From assembly GCA_964593705.1 (NCBI GenBank), contig CAZQIV010000015.1, positions 11,454 through 75,453 on the forward strand: a DNA stretch of 64,000 nt. The letters run 5' to 3'. The notes below the pieces were generated by a model that did no database searches, had not been told where the DNA came from, and was given only the letters and a program-made list of their open reading frames with translations. The position numbers and the translations under genes are program-made. Origin of the DNA: an uncultured Lentimicrobiaceae bacterium (GTDB lineage: Bacteria > Bacteroidota > Bacteroidia > Bacteroidales > 4484-276). Within the stretch, counting starts at the first letter, position 1. The number at the start of each line of letters is the position of its first letter. Positions 21,590-32,276 of this stretch are shown here, one piece after another.

Positions 21590-22390
21590 TTATTTGGCTT
21601 GTGCCCGCTGCACAAAGCAGCGTATCATTTCCAATGTTTTGCTTTGGGCTTCCATAAAGCCCATGTGGCCAACCTTTCCCAAAATCAAAACTTCGCTATG
21701 TTGCGGCAAAATTGCCTGCGCCAAAATATTTTGAACCGGTATTCTGGGATCTTCTTTTCCGGCAATAAACAAAACAGGAACCACTGTATTTAAAAGCAAT
21801 TCTATTTTCCCACTCCTGCCGCGCATGGCTTCCAGGGCTGCAATAATTCCTTTTGCAGGAGTTTCCGAGGCAATTTCCTGGAGTCTTGTAATTTCCGCAT
21901 CAAATTTTTCCACATTATCTTCAGCAAATAAATCCGGGATAAATTGATTGATAAAACCTGCCTTATTAAGCTTTACAATATTAATGGAACGCCTCCTGTT
22001 TTCTTTGGATTCTTCAGTATCAGCCGATGCGTGGGAATGGAATAAGCCAAAAGCAGATAACATTTCAGGGTATTGCAATGCAAATTCAAGGCTTACATAG
22101 CCTCCCATCGAATGGCCTATCATAATACAGCGCTCCACCTGTAAATGATCCAAAACGGCTTTCACCCAGCGAGCCATAATTTCCATAGTTAAGCTATCTT
22201 TATACACCGGCGATTTTCCATGCCCCGGAAGGTCGATGCAGATTACCCGAAAATCATTTGAAAGCCCTGCAACAAATGCATTCCACATTTCCAGCGATTC
22301 CAGGAATCCATGCAACAATACAATGGGCATTCCTTTTCCGTGATCCGAAAAACTAATCCTGTGATCTTCAAATTTAATTATTTCATTCAT
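21590..22390 (-). CDS. Alpha/beta hydrolase
   Basis: Nucleophile elbow 'GHSMGG' and 'LLHGFLES'. The start is placed at 'MNEIIKFED' (22390), because the first 9 codons of the track ORF are a repeat module. Confidence 0.85.
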   Translation of the reverse strand: MNEIIKFEDHRISFSDHGKGMPIVLLHGFLESLEMWNAFVAGLSNDFRVICIDLPGHGKSPVYKDSLTMEIMARWVKAVLDHLQVERCIMIGHSMGGYVSLEFALQYPEMLSAFGLFHSHASADTEESKENRRRSINIVKLNKAGFINQFIPDLFAEDNVEKFDAEITRLQEIASETPAKGIIAALEAMRGRSGKIELLLNTVVPVLFIAGKEDPRIPVQNILAQAILPQHSEVLILGKVGHMGFMEAQSKTLEMIRCFVQRAQAK

Positions 22391-22502
22391 CTGTATATAA
22401 ATTAGCCACTGATGCACGGATAAAATTGAATACTGTTTTATTCATGTCAGCAGGTGTTAATAATTAAAATGGATATTTCAAATTGTAATTATTTAGTTGT
22501 TT

Positions 22503-23792
22503 CTATTCATTCATCAGGTCCTCAATTTCATCGGCTTCGCGGGGAATATTTTCCGACAAGTCAACAGGCTCGTTTTCGGTTATTAGAATATTATTCTCAA
22601 TACGGATACCTATGTTTTCATCACGGATATAAATTCCGGGTTCGCAGGTAAAAACCATTCCGGGTTTAAAAGGTTTGTGTTTGTCGTAAACATCATGCAC
22701 ATCAAGGCCAAGGTGATGCGCTGTACCGTGCATAAAATATTTCTTGTACAAAGGCATTTCAGGATTCTGGATTCTCACCTTTTCCACATCCAGCAATCCT
22801 ATGCCAATCATTTCTATTTCCATTTCATTGTTTACGAAATTATTGTACAATTCCATGGTATTCCCCGGCACAAACTGTTGAATGGCTTTTTTCTGTACCC
22901 GTAAAACCAAATCGTATATTTCGCGTTGGCGTGGTGTAAATTTTCCGTTTACCGGGATGGTTCTGGAAATGTCGGCAGCATAATTGGCATATTCAGCGCC
23001 AAAGTCAAAAAGCACCAAATCTCCATCTTTACATTCTTTATCATTTTCCACATAATGAAGTACGCATGAGTTTTGTCCCGAAGCAATGATGGGATGATAG
23101 GCGCTTCCGGTAGCGCCATTAAAAACAAATTCATGCTCCATTTCCGCTTCAATTTGATATTCCATTACGCCGGGTTTCACAAATTTCAACATCCGCCTAA
23201 AAGCTTTACCGGTAATTTCGTTGGCCTTTTTAATCAGTTCAATTTCGTGTCCTGATTTGATCATCCGTAGATTGGTTAATATGGGTGCTGACCGCACATA
23301 GCGGTGGGCGGGATAAACGGACTTTAATGTATTGGCAAAGCGTATGTCCCTCGAAACCACTTCAGTTTGGTGTTTTGGATATTCGTAAGCATTAAGATAA
23401 ACATTGCTGCACCACTGCATGAGCTCACGTACAATCATGTCGAAACCCTCAAGCCAGCGAATATTTTGAATGCCCGAAATTTGTTCGGCCTCCTCTTTCG
23501 TGTATTTATGGCCTTCCCATATCGAAATTTTTTCGTTGGTTTCGATCAAAAACAATATCTCATGATATTGTGGATCGGGATAATCCGGTGCCAGAATCAA
23601 TACACTTTTTTCCTGATCAATACCAGTTAAGTAAAAAAAATCGGATTGTTGCCTAAAGGGGAAAAACTGATCTCCATTTCGCGGCATCTGATCGTTTGAA
23701 TGAAAAATGGCAATACTGTTTGATTTAAGCTGTGAGCAGAACCGATTCCGGTTTTCCTTAAACAACTCATTATTAATTGACTTGTATCTCAT
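22503..23792 (-). CDS. pepP: Xaa-Pro aminopeptidase (M24B, aminopeptidase P family)
   Basis: 429 aa with an AMP_N-like N-terminus ('FRQQSDFFYLTG') and the M24 metal-ligand context ('DFGAEYANYAADISRT', 'HGTAHHLGLDVHD', 'FTCEPGIY'). Confidence 0.88.
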   Translation of the reverse strand: MRYKSINNELFKENRNRFCSQLKSNSIAIFHSNDQMPRNGDQFFPFRQQSDFFYLTGIDQEKSVLILAPDYPDPQYHEILFLIETNEKISIWEGHKYTKEEAEQISGIQNIRWLEGFDMIVRELMQWCSNVYLNAYEYPKHQTEVVSRDIRFANTLKSVYPAHRYVRSAPILTNLRMIKSGHEIELIKKANEITGKAFRRMLKFVKPGVMEYQIEAEMEHEFVFNGATGSAYHPIIASGQNSCVLHYVENDKECKDGDLVLFDFGAEYANYAADISRTIPVNGKFTPRQREIYDLVLRVQKKAIQQFVPGNTMELYNNFVNNEMEIEMIGIGLLDVEKVRIQNPEMPLYKKYFMHGTAHHLGLDVHDVYDKHKPFKPGMVFTCEPGIYIRDENIGIRIENNILITENEPVDLSENIPREADEIEDLMNE

Positions 23793-23958
23793 TTTATGCG
23801 ATAATAATTTAAATACATTACAAATTACTTATGCAACTAAATTTAGAATGATTTCAAAGAAATTAAACCCTAAATTTGCTCCATTCTTCTACAAAAGAAG
23901 ATAATTTTTAACATAAGCATTAGAATCTTTTCCAAAAATTTTTGAAAATCTTAAATCT

Positions 23959-24651
23959 ATGAGCAATTTAACATTAAGGTACTCCTCAATTACCAAAAAA
24001 GTCATCATGGCTTTTGCGGGGTTGTTCCTGATTACATTTTTGTTTGTTCACCTGGGTATCAACTTCACGCTGTTGATTCCGGGCGATGAACGAGAATTTT
24101 TCAACAGGGCAGCACACTTTATGGGAACTTTTCCATTAGTAAAGGTATTTGAAGTGGTTTTGTTTGGTGGCTTTATCATCCATATTATATATGGTTTGAT
24201 ACTCCAGATTCAAAACTGGTTGGCCCGTCCGACGCGTTACAAAAAAGAAGGCTGGTCGCACACTTCGGTGTTTTCCAAATTTATGATCCACACCGGGATT
24301 GTTATTTTTATTTTTCTAGTTATACACTTGATGGATTTTTACATCAAGGCCAAATTCTTAGGAGAAGTTGAGCCAGTAACCTATGGCGAAGAAACCCTGC
24401 ATGACCTTGGTGCTCTGGTTATTTCAAAATTCAAATATTTGGGTTTTGTAATTGGATATTGCATTGCCTTTATTTTACTGGGTTTCCATTTGCATCACGC
24501 TTTTCAGTCGGCGTTTCAAACGCTGGGGCTGAACCACAGCAAATACACACCATTTTTAAAAGGATTGAGTACGATTGTTTCTATTGTACTTTTCCTGGGC
24601 TTTACATTTATTTCATTGTTTATTTATTTCAATCCTTCAATTCAAGTATAA
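23959..24651 (+). CDS. sdhC: Succinate dehydrogenase/fumarate reductase cytochrome b subunit
   Basis: 230 aa with five predicted transmembrane helices and conserved His residues. It sits immediately upstream of the flavoprotein subunit (Bacteroidota frdCAB-type order). Confidence 0.82.
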   Translation: MSNLTLRYSSITKKVIMAFAGLFLITFLFVHLGINFTLLIPGDEREFFNRAAHFMGTFPLVKVFEVVLFGGFIIHIIYGLILQIQNWLARPTRYKKEGWSHTSVFSKFMIHTGIVIFIFLVIHLMDFYIKAKFLGEVEPVTYGEETLHDLGALVISKFKYLGFVIGYCIAFILLGFHLHHAFQSAFQTLGLNHSKYTPFLKGLSTIVSIVLFLGFTFISLFIYFNPSIQV

Positions 24652-24663
24652 TTACTGTAAGTT

Positions 24664-26607
24664 ATGGTAAAATTAGATGCTAAAATTCCAGCCGGCCCTT
24701 TGGCCGAAAAATGGACAAAATATAAATCAGACCAAAAGCTGGTGAATCCCGCCAACAAAAGGAAGTTGGAAATTATTGTTGTAGGAACAGGATTGGCCGG
24801 AGCCGCTGCCGCTGCAAGTTTTGGCGAGCTTGGTTTTAAAGTAAAAGTTTTCGGAATCCACGACAGCCCCCGCCGGGCACACAGTATCGCTGCGCAGGGT
24901 GGGATTAACGCCACCAAAAATTACCGCAATGATGGCGATTCGGTTTACCGACTATTTTACGATACCATCAAAGGGGGTGACTACCGCTCTCGCGAAGCCA
25001 ACGTTTACAGGCTTGCCGAGGTGAGCTCCGAAATTATCGACCAGTGCGTGGCTCAGGGTGTGCCCTTTGCCCGCGAATACAGTGGTTTACTCGACAATCG
25101 TTCCTTTGGCGGAGCCCTGGTTTCGCGAACATTTTACGCCCGCGGACAAACCGGACAGCAATTGTTACTTGGTGCCTACGGCGCATTAAGCAAAGAAATC
25201 CACAACGGAAGCTGCGAAATGCTTACCATGCAGGAAGTGCTTGATATTGTAATCGTGGATGGCCGCGCCCGTGGTGTGGTTTCGCGACACAGCATTACCG
25301 GCGAAATTCAGCGCCATTCGGCCCACGCCATCGTTTTGGCAACCGGGGGCTATGGAAACGTTTTCTTCCTATCCACCATGGCCATGAACTCAAACGGCAG
25401 TGCTGCCTGGAGAGCCTATAAAAGTGGTGCCGTATTTGGAAATCCTTCTTTCACGCAAATCCACCCAACCTGTATTCCCGTTCACGGTGATTATCAGTCT
25501 AAGCTTACGCTGATGAGCGAAAGTTTGAGGAACGACGGTAGAATTTGGGTGCCGAAGAAAAAAGAAGATGCCGTAAAAATTCAGAAAGGTGAATTAAAGC
25601 CTACACAGATAGCCGAAGAAGACCGCGATTATTATCTCGAAAGAAGATACCCAGCCTTTGGTAATCTGGTGCCCCGCGATGTGGCCTCACGTGCTGCCAA
25701 GGAACGCTGCGATGCCGGAAACGGTGTAGGTAGTACAGGCTTGGCTGTTTATCTCGATTTTGAAGATGCGATAAAACGTTTGGGTAAAAATGTGATAGAG
25801 GCACGTTATGGTAATCTCTTCGTGATTTATGAGAAGATTGTTGATGACAACCCCTACGAAACGCCGATGATGATTTATCCGGCTGTGCATTATACCATGG
25901 GTGGCCTTTGGGTGGATTACGAATTGCAAACCAGCATTCCTGGATTATTCGCTGCCGGCGAAGCCAACTTCTCCGATCACGGTGCTAACCGTTTGGGAGC
26001 TTCTGCATTGATGCAGGGACTCAGCGATGGTTATTTTATAATTCCTTACACCTTGCAAAATTATCTTGCTGATCAGATCAATGTACCCTTTTTTAAAACC
26101 GATCTGCCCGAGTTCGACGCTTCCGAAAAGAAAGTGCGAGCTGAACTTGACAAGTTGCTCAACATAAAAGGAAAGCAAACGGTGGACACCTTCCATAAAA
26201 AACTTGGCCATATTATGTGGGATCATGTGGGTATGACGCGAAATAGAGAAGGACTGCTGGAGGCAATTACCATGATTCAGGACTTACGCAAAGAATTCTG
26301 GAAAGACGTGAAGATTCCCGGTGGGATTGATGGTAAAAATATGGAGTTAGAGAAAGCCTGGCGTGTGGCCGATTTTCTGGAGTTGGGCGAGCTGATGGCT
26401 CGTGATGCCATGGATCGTGAAGAGTCCTGTGGCGGACACTTTCGCGATGAACATAAAACCCCCGAAGGCGAAGCATTGCGCCATGATGATAAATACACCC
26501 ATGTTTCGGTGTGGGAATATAAAGGTGATGATAATGAGCCTGTACGGCACAAAGAGCCGCTCAACTATGAATTTATCGAAGTGAAAACAAGAAATTATAA
26601 AGTTTAA
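24664..26607 (+). CDS. sdhA: Succinate dehydrogenase/fumarate reductase flavoprotein subunit
   Basis: 647 aa with FAD-binding '[12 protein letters not shown]', '[11 protein letters not shown]' and 'SCGGHFR'. Confidence 0.95.
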   Translation: MVKLDAKIPAGPLAEKWTKYKSDQKLVNPANKRKLEIIVVGTGLAGAAAAASFGELGFKVKVFGIHDSPRRAHSIAAQGGINATKNYRNDGDSVYRLFYDTIKGGDYRSREANVYRLAEVSSEIIDQCVAQGVPFAREYSGLLDNRSFGGALVSRTFYARGQTGQQLLLGAYGALSKEIHNGSCEMLTMQEVLDIVIVDGRARGVVSRHSITGEIQRHSAHAIVLATGGYGNVFFLSTMAMNSNGSAAWRAYKSGAVFGNPSFTQIHPTCIPVHGDYQSKLTLMSESLRNDGRIWVPKKKEDAVKIQKGELKPTQIAEEDRDYYLERRYPAFGNLVPRDVASRAAKERCDAGNGVGSTGLAVYLDFEDAIKRLGKNVIEARYGNLFVIYEKIVDDNPYETPMMIYPAVHYTMGGLWVDYELQTSIPGLFAAGEANFSDHGANRLGASALMQGLSDGYFIIPYTLQNYLADQINVPFFKTDLPEFDASEKKVRAELDKLLNIKGKQTVDTFHKKLGHIMWDHVGMTRNREGLLEAITMIQDLRKEFWKDVKIPGGIDGKNMELEKAWRVADFLELGELMARDAMDREESCGGHFRDEHKTPEGEALRHDDKYTHVSVWEYKGDDNEPVRHKEPLNYEFIEVKTRNYKV

Positions 26608-26619
26608 AACAACATAGCT

Positions 26620-27378
26620 ATGGATTTTAATTTGAAAATCTGGCGTCAGAAAGATTCCAAATCCAAAGGAAGCTTTAAGACCTATGAGGTTAAGAATATA
26701 TCGGAAGACGCATCATTTTTGGAGATGCTCGACATACTCAACGAAGAGTTGGTGATGAAAGACGAAATGCCCATCAACTTCGAGAACGACTGCCGCGAAG
26801 GGATTTGTGGTACCTGTGGTTTGTACGTGAATGGCAGACCCCATGGCCCCGATACGGGCATTACCATTTGCCAGGTTCACATGCGCAAGTTCAAAAGCAT
26901 AAAAACCATTGTTATCGAGCCCTGGCGTTCAAAAGCTTTTCCTGTGCTCACAGATTTGATTGTTGACCGCTCAGCCTTCGACCGCCTGATTCAGGCCGGG
27001 GGTTATGTTTCGGCGCGCACGGGTGGTGTACCCGATGCCAACGCCATCCCCATTGCCAAAGATAAATCCGACGAAGCCATGGATGCTGCTGCCTGCATTG
27101 GTTGTGGTGCCTGTGTGGCGGCCTGTAAAAATGCTTCGGCCATGCTCTTTGTTTCGGCCAAGGTAGCCCAACTGGCACTATTGCCACAGGGACAAGTGGA
27201 AGCCAAACGCCGTGTACAAAAAATGGTGAAACAAATGGACATCGAAGGTTTTGGCAACTGCACCAACACCGGTGCCTGCGAAGCCGAATGCCCCAAGGAA
27301 ATTACGCTGGTGAACATTGCACGCCTGAACCGCGAATTTATTGGTGCCAAGTTGGGTGCCCAAAAAATGGCGATGTAA
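26620..27378 (+). CDS. sdhB: Succinate dehydrogenase/fumarate reductase iron-sulfur subunit
   Basis: Motifs '[10 protein letters not shown]', '[11 protein letters not shown]' and '[12 protein letters not shown]'. Confidence 0.95.
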   Translation: MDFNLKIWRQKDSKSKGSFKTYEVKNISEDASFLEMLDILNEELVMKDEMPINFENDCREGICGTCGLYVNGRPHGPDTGITICQVHMRKFKSIKTIVIEPWRSKAFPVLTDLIVDRSAFDRLIQAGGYVSARTGGVPDANAIPIAKDKSDEAMDAAACIGCGACVAACKNASAMLFVSAKVAQLALLPQGQVEAKRRVQKMVKQMDIEGFGNCTNTGACEAECPKEITLVNIARLNREFIGAKLGAQKMAM

Positions 27379-27390
27379 TATATTATAGTT

Positions 27391-27988
27391 AGTCACCCCG
27401 TGAATTCTGGTGTCGGATGTACAATTCCTTAGGGATTTTGCCATCTTTTCACAAAGCTTTCACGGGGTGACTTAGGGAATGTGAAAAGTCATCCGATGAA
27501 TAGTGCATAAGCAAATGACACTATACTCATGGAAAAATTATAGCTTCCGGGAGTAATTCATCGGATGACTAAAAACCGGTAATCCTGGAAAAGCCATCCG
27601 ATGAATAGTGCATAAGCAAATGACACTATACTAATTGAAAAATTACAGCTTCCAGGAGTTATTCATCGGATGACTGAACACCGGTAATCTGGAATAGTCA
27701 CACCGTGAATTACCCTTGGACACAGCACTTTTCGCAAAAAGTAAGGTGCTGCTGCCCGGCAGTATTCACGGTGTGACTAAAAACCGGTAATCCTGGAAAA
27801 GTCATCCGATGAATACTGCTTAAGCAAATATCACTTTTCGCATGGAGACATTGAAACTCCCGGAAGTTATTCATCGGATGACTAAAAACCGGTAATCCTG
27901 GAAAAGCCATCCGATGAATAGTGCATAAGCAAATGACACCTTACGCATGGAGACATTGAAACTTCCAGGAGTAATTCATCGGATGACT
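27391..27988. repeat. Tandem array of six ~83-bp hairpin units (REP/BIME-like)
   Basis: Units at 27391-27472, 27488-27570, 27592-27675, 27696-27778, 27800-27883 and 27905-27988. Each has a 14-16-bp stem (e.g. agtcatccgatgaat / attcatcggatgact) around a ~50-nt loop. Units 2-6 are separated by the linker aaaaaccggtaatcctggaaa or a close variant (units 1-2 are joined by a different 15-nt linker). Confidence 0.9.
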
Positions 27989-28059
27989 GATTGCAAAGCA
28001 TGAAACTATTGTCCTTTTACGAAGCCCATTTTACCCTTAAAAGATAGGCGGATAGATCG

Positions 28060-31000
28060 TTAGTCTCCTTTAATAAACACCTTTTCAGAATAAACTACTT
28101 CTCCGGCTACTATCATCACAATATAAATACCGGTTTTCAGATTTACATGAAAAGCGTTTTGTTCTATGCCACTGATATTCTCCTCCAGGACGGTTTTGCC
28201 CATAATATCCGAAATAAGCACTTTTCCTTTTACAGCACCTTTTATGAGGATTTGTTGGCCATGAGCAGAAATTGAAATATTGCTTTGTTCCATAGTATTT
28301 TCCCCGATTCCAACCGTGTTCAAATGGAGTTTAAACCGTTTCTCATCATCATTGATATCCCAGGTAAACTCATAAGCTCCTCCCAGATAACTATCGGGAT
28401 GAAGCTTATGGAATTCTTGTGTTTTGGTGTCTTCCAGGATGGCTTCGGAAATATTTGCAATTTCTTTTATCCTGATGCTGTACATGCCATTTTCGTCGCT
28501 TTGGAAACCAAGCTGGATGTTTTCTGTTTCCGGGCGTACGTCAACCACGAGTTTGTTATTATTGGCGATGCTGTAAATTTCGGGCATGCCTTGTGTTCCT
28601 GAAAATAATTTCCAGGTATCGGTCTAAAGCTCAAATCCTGCCTGCGACTCATTATCGAAAAGCAATAACATATCATTCTTCAAACCAACATTATTGCTTG
28701 CTTCCAGGCGAATGCCATGGGAAATATTGTCTCCTCCCGATTTATAGTATGATGAAGTGTTTTCATGTGTACGAGCAGTGTTGTTGATAGTAAAATCCTT
28801 TGCAGTAGTTGTGTAAACAAAAAAGCCCTGCATGGGTGGCAGGTATTGTTGTCCGCCGTTTGTAGCGCCACTGCCGGACCATGTATCATAATGGCTGTTT
28901 TCGCTATCCCAGTAATATACTGCACCATAAGTTTCAACCAATACATCCCAGTCGATGGAAGACGGGTACGGATTTCCCAGAAGGTTCATTCCATCGTTAT
29001 CACCACCACCTGCCGATGTCATCGCTATGGTCTTCTCGCCGCTTGTAGGAGTTCCGGTAAAAGTATAAGTTGTCGCTTTTGATGTCGCCCAGAGGCCATA
29101 TCCTTGTGCAGGGATAAGTGCGGTTGTGGCTTGTGTTATATCTAACCATTCAGCACTGGCTTCATCCCAGGTTTGCAGAAAATCGCCATCAAAGGTATTG
29201 GCTGTGCTCACATTATTTGGTGCGGAAATTAGGTGCCACACATCCTCACTAATATATCGTTTTATGTCCACCGTTCCGTTGTTGGTGATTGTGCCGTCTG
29301 TGATAAGAGAGCCTGAGCCCGATGCATCACTTTCGACTGTAAGAGATGCTCCATCGTTAATTGTGAGATTGTTGCAGCTTGCTGTACCGCTAGCTCCGAT
29401 AATTGGTGCCGATGCCTTGGCTACAGTAGGAATTGTAACATCATAAGGTGAGGATGGAACATCGCTGACATTCCAGTTTTCTGCTGTGTTCCAGTCTGCG
29501 CTTTCAGAACCATCCCATACAATAGTGAATATTCCATCGTACTCATAGGCTCCAATATCTGTTGTGCCATATCTGTATACACCACGCTGATCGCTTGTTT
29601 GTGCGCCGGTATTTGTTCCGGCATCAATAGCAAAACTACCGGAGAGTAAGGCAAGTGTTTGAGATCCGTTTAAGGTGCTGTTGTCTGCCAGCGTTGTTGA
29701 AAGGTTGAGGTTTTGGTTGCCTAAGGCTGTGTTATTTCTGTTCCATGATGTACTTGATGTCCCATCTGCCTTGTAGTTGTAAAGAATATTCGTTGTAGCG
29801 GTAAATTTCCAATTTGAAGGAGAGCCACTTCCAGTTTGATTTTCAATAATATTATATCCATTATCAACCAATGTTCCTGCACTTTTAACATGATAATCTG
29901 ATGTGCCGTTGTTTGCGACAACCGTATTGCATATATTCAGTGTGTTCCCATTAATAAATATTCCATCGCCTTCAGATCCTGTGTTATTACAAATATTGCA
30001 GCCCTGTAATGTTACAGTACCAGTTCTATTTGAAATACCACCACCATAACCACCAACAGAACTATTTCCATAAATAGTAGGATTAATAAATGTTGAAGTA
30101 CCTTGATTGAGGAATCCTCCACCCCAGCTACTTGAGCCTGGTGCCGCATTATTACAAATTGTACTGTTTGTTACTGTTAGAGTACCATAAATATTATGAA
30201 TTCCACCTCCGGAAGAATAACTACCTGTTGTACTGTTATTACATATTGTTGAATTTGTTAGGGTAAGTGTTCCTTTATTTTTAATACCACCTCCCGCGCC
30301 CGACTTCTTTCCATGTCGAATTGTAACATCTTTAATCGTAACTATTTTGGAATAATTAATATAAAAAACACGATGTGTAGCAGTATTTTCCAGGGCATGT
30401 GCCTGGATTATAGTAGCTGCTGCCCCGGCTCCCAGAAAAGTGAGGTCTTTGTTTACCGTGAGTTCAGGTTCGGTATATGTCCCTTCTGCAATATTGATTA
30501 TATCCCGATCCTCAGAGGCAGCAATTGCAGCAGTTATAGTCGTGTAATCCCCACCACTTATTGCTACTTCGACTTGCTGTATAAAATCTACATCCAAATT
30601 ACTTTTTGTTGAATTTGTTACTCCGGACGCATCCCCCTCGTTGAAAGCAGTATTGTTGAACGCGATTCGCAGATTGGTGATGTCGTTGGTATTGTTACTG
30701 TTAGTGGCAGTTCCGGTGAGGGAAACACTTAGCTCTGTATCGCTGTTTTTGGTAATTACCATTGTTAATCCGGAAGGAACATTTGTTTCGGTGTACTTAC
30801 TGGTTGCAAAAGTACCAGTACTTCCTGTAAAATAATCTGATTCAGGATATTCTAAAGTAATCGTCAGACTATTTTCTATAGTTCCATTATTTGCTTCTGA
30901 TTCTTGAAAAACTTCAGAGTTGTATGCAAGTTTTGCCGATGCTTCTAAACATATGGAGTCGGATAGCCCCCATAATCAACTTCCCAATCTGATAATGGAG

Positions 31001-31265
31001 GAGTTTCTTGGTTGTCATCTGAGAAATATAATGTCAAACCACCTCCCCATATTTCCCAACGACTATTAGAGCTTTCATATCTCAAATAATACTCCTCGCC
31101 ATCTAATTTGTATTGAAGCTTGTTGTTGTATTGGCCGGCTTCAAAATAGAAGCCGTTTGCCCCTTCTCTACCTGCTTCGCTTACGAGATAACCGGTAGCC
31201 ATAAGGCTTGTGCTCATGGTTAAGGCCATTAGCAGGGTTAATAATTTTGCTGTTGATTTTTTCAT
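28060..31265 (-). pseudogene. Large parallel beta-helix (Pmp-like repeat) T9SS cargo protein, disrupted
   Basis: Three colinear ORFs make up the gene. 30945..31265 holds the signal peptide and is one frame off. 28624..30762 holds 'GGGIxN / NSTICNN' beta-helix repeats, and its reading frame stays open upstream to ~30975. 28060..28587 holds the T9SS CTD and is in frame, but separated by TAG at 28624-28626. Confidence 0.7.
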
Positions 31266-31530
31266 AATATCATTGTTTTAATTTTTTGATAAGATAATTC
31301 ATTTTTATTCATGAAGTTTTGAAATGAAGTCTGTTAATTTTAATGTGTTTTGAAATAACAACAAAAGTAAATATTTTTTTTAGATGTTTTAGTGTGAGGG
31401 TGTTATTGCTCGGTGCTGATAGATGGAAAGCGTCAGCCAGCTGGCTGAGATAAATCCACCTGCGATGAAATAAATCCTCCTACGTTGGAGGATGGAAAGT
31501 TTCACTTCCGTTTTTCCATGCGTTCGGAAA

Positions 31531-31614
31531 AGTCATCCGATGAATAGCGCTTAAGCAAATGACACCTTGCGCATGGGAAAATTACTGCTTCCGGGAGTAA
31601 TTCATCGGATGACT
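31531..31614. repeat. Solo copy of the 27391-27988 hairpin unit
   Basis: agtcatccgatgaata...taattcatcggatgact followed by the linker fragment gaacaccggt. It overlaps the 3' end of the degraded gene at 31602-32052. Confidence 0.85.
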
Positions 31615-32052
31615 GAACACCGGTCTTTTCTTCTTAACAATACTATTATTGTGATAACAGTTGCAATGGTAATCATAATAATTGCCCAGATTTCAGGGGA
31701 TATACCAAAGCTGTTCCAGTTATATTTGATGATGCCAGGCGAAAATCCAGGCCATGTTGGCCAGCGAAGAAACGAAAAATCAAATATCAATCCGGTACAA
31801 AAACTTGTTTCGCGGGATGTTGCTTTCGCCAAAAATTCCTTTCGACTAATACACCGTAAAAAGGATGAGCAGTAAATAAATGATGCCCCATATCGAAAAT
31901 GTGAATCCGGCAAGTATAAAAAGGCTCGGGTACAAATCGGATAATTCTCCGGTGTTTTTCCCGGCGATGGGCAAGGCATTGGCCAAAATATTTATGGTGA
32001 TCACCCCAAGTAGCCCAATGATATTAAGTATTTGATAGGTTTTTATTTTCAT
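31602..32052 (-). pseudogene. Trp-rich small membrane protein (TspO-like?), frameshifted and 3'-truncated
   Basis: 'MKIKTYQILNIIGLLGVITINILANALPIAGKNTGELSDLYPSLFILAGFTFSIWGIIYLLL' stops at 31846. The hydrophobic W-rich continuation is in another frame (31602..31979) and runs into the repeat. Family assignment is weak. Confidence 0.35.
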
Positions 32053-32276
32053 TTTTTTATATAATAGCCACTGATGCACGGATAAAATTGAATTATTCAT
32101 TTCCCCCGAATGATCGGGGCAAACGTGGGTGTTAATAATTAGCTATGCCTGCCCGCCCTCATGGCGGAAGTATTTCATGTTTTTAAAAAATAGCCACGCC
32201 TGTCCCGATTTTTCGGGAAATGCACGGATAAAAAATAATGTTAACAACAAATAACCCAATAACGAATAACCATTTA

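Noticed and set aside
26948-27444. Several antisense or overlapping ORFs inside sdhB. Similar ones occur inside leuS, bamA, hydB (e.g. 53513..54064), hydA and the kinase genes.
   Set aside because: They are embedded in strongly supported genes on the opposite strand or in another frame. They lack motifs and have biased composition, so they are typical shadow ORFs.
27391-27988. Regularly spaced repeats that could be mistaken for a CRISPR array.
   Set aside because: The repeated units are inverted pairs forming hairpins. The intervening 'spacers' (loops and linkers) are themselves conserved between units. The period (~105 bp) and unit structure do not fit repeat-spacer architecture, and there are no cas genes in the window.
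28624-28626. In-frame TAG as programmed recoding (pyrrolysine or readthrough).
   Set aside because: There is no pyl machinery or recoding signal visible, and the same gene also carries a frameshift. A nonsense mutation is the simplest reading.
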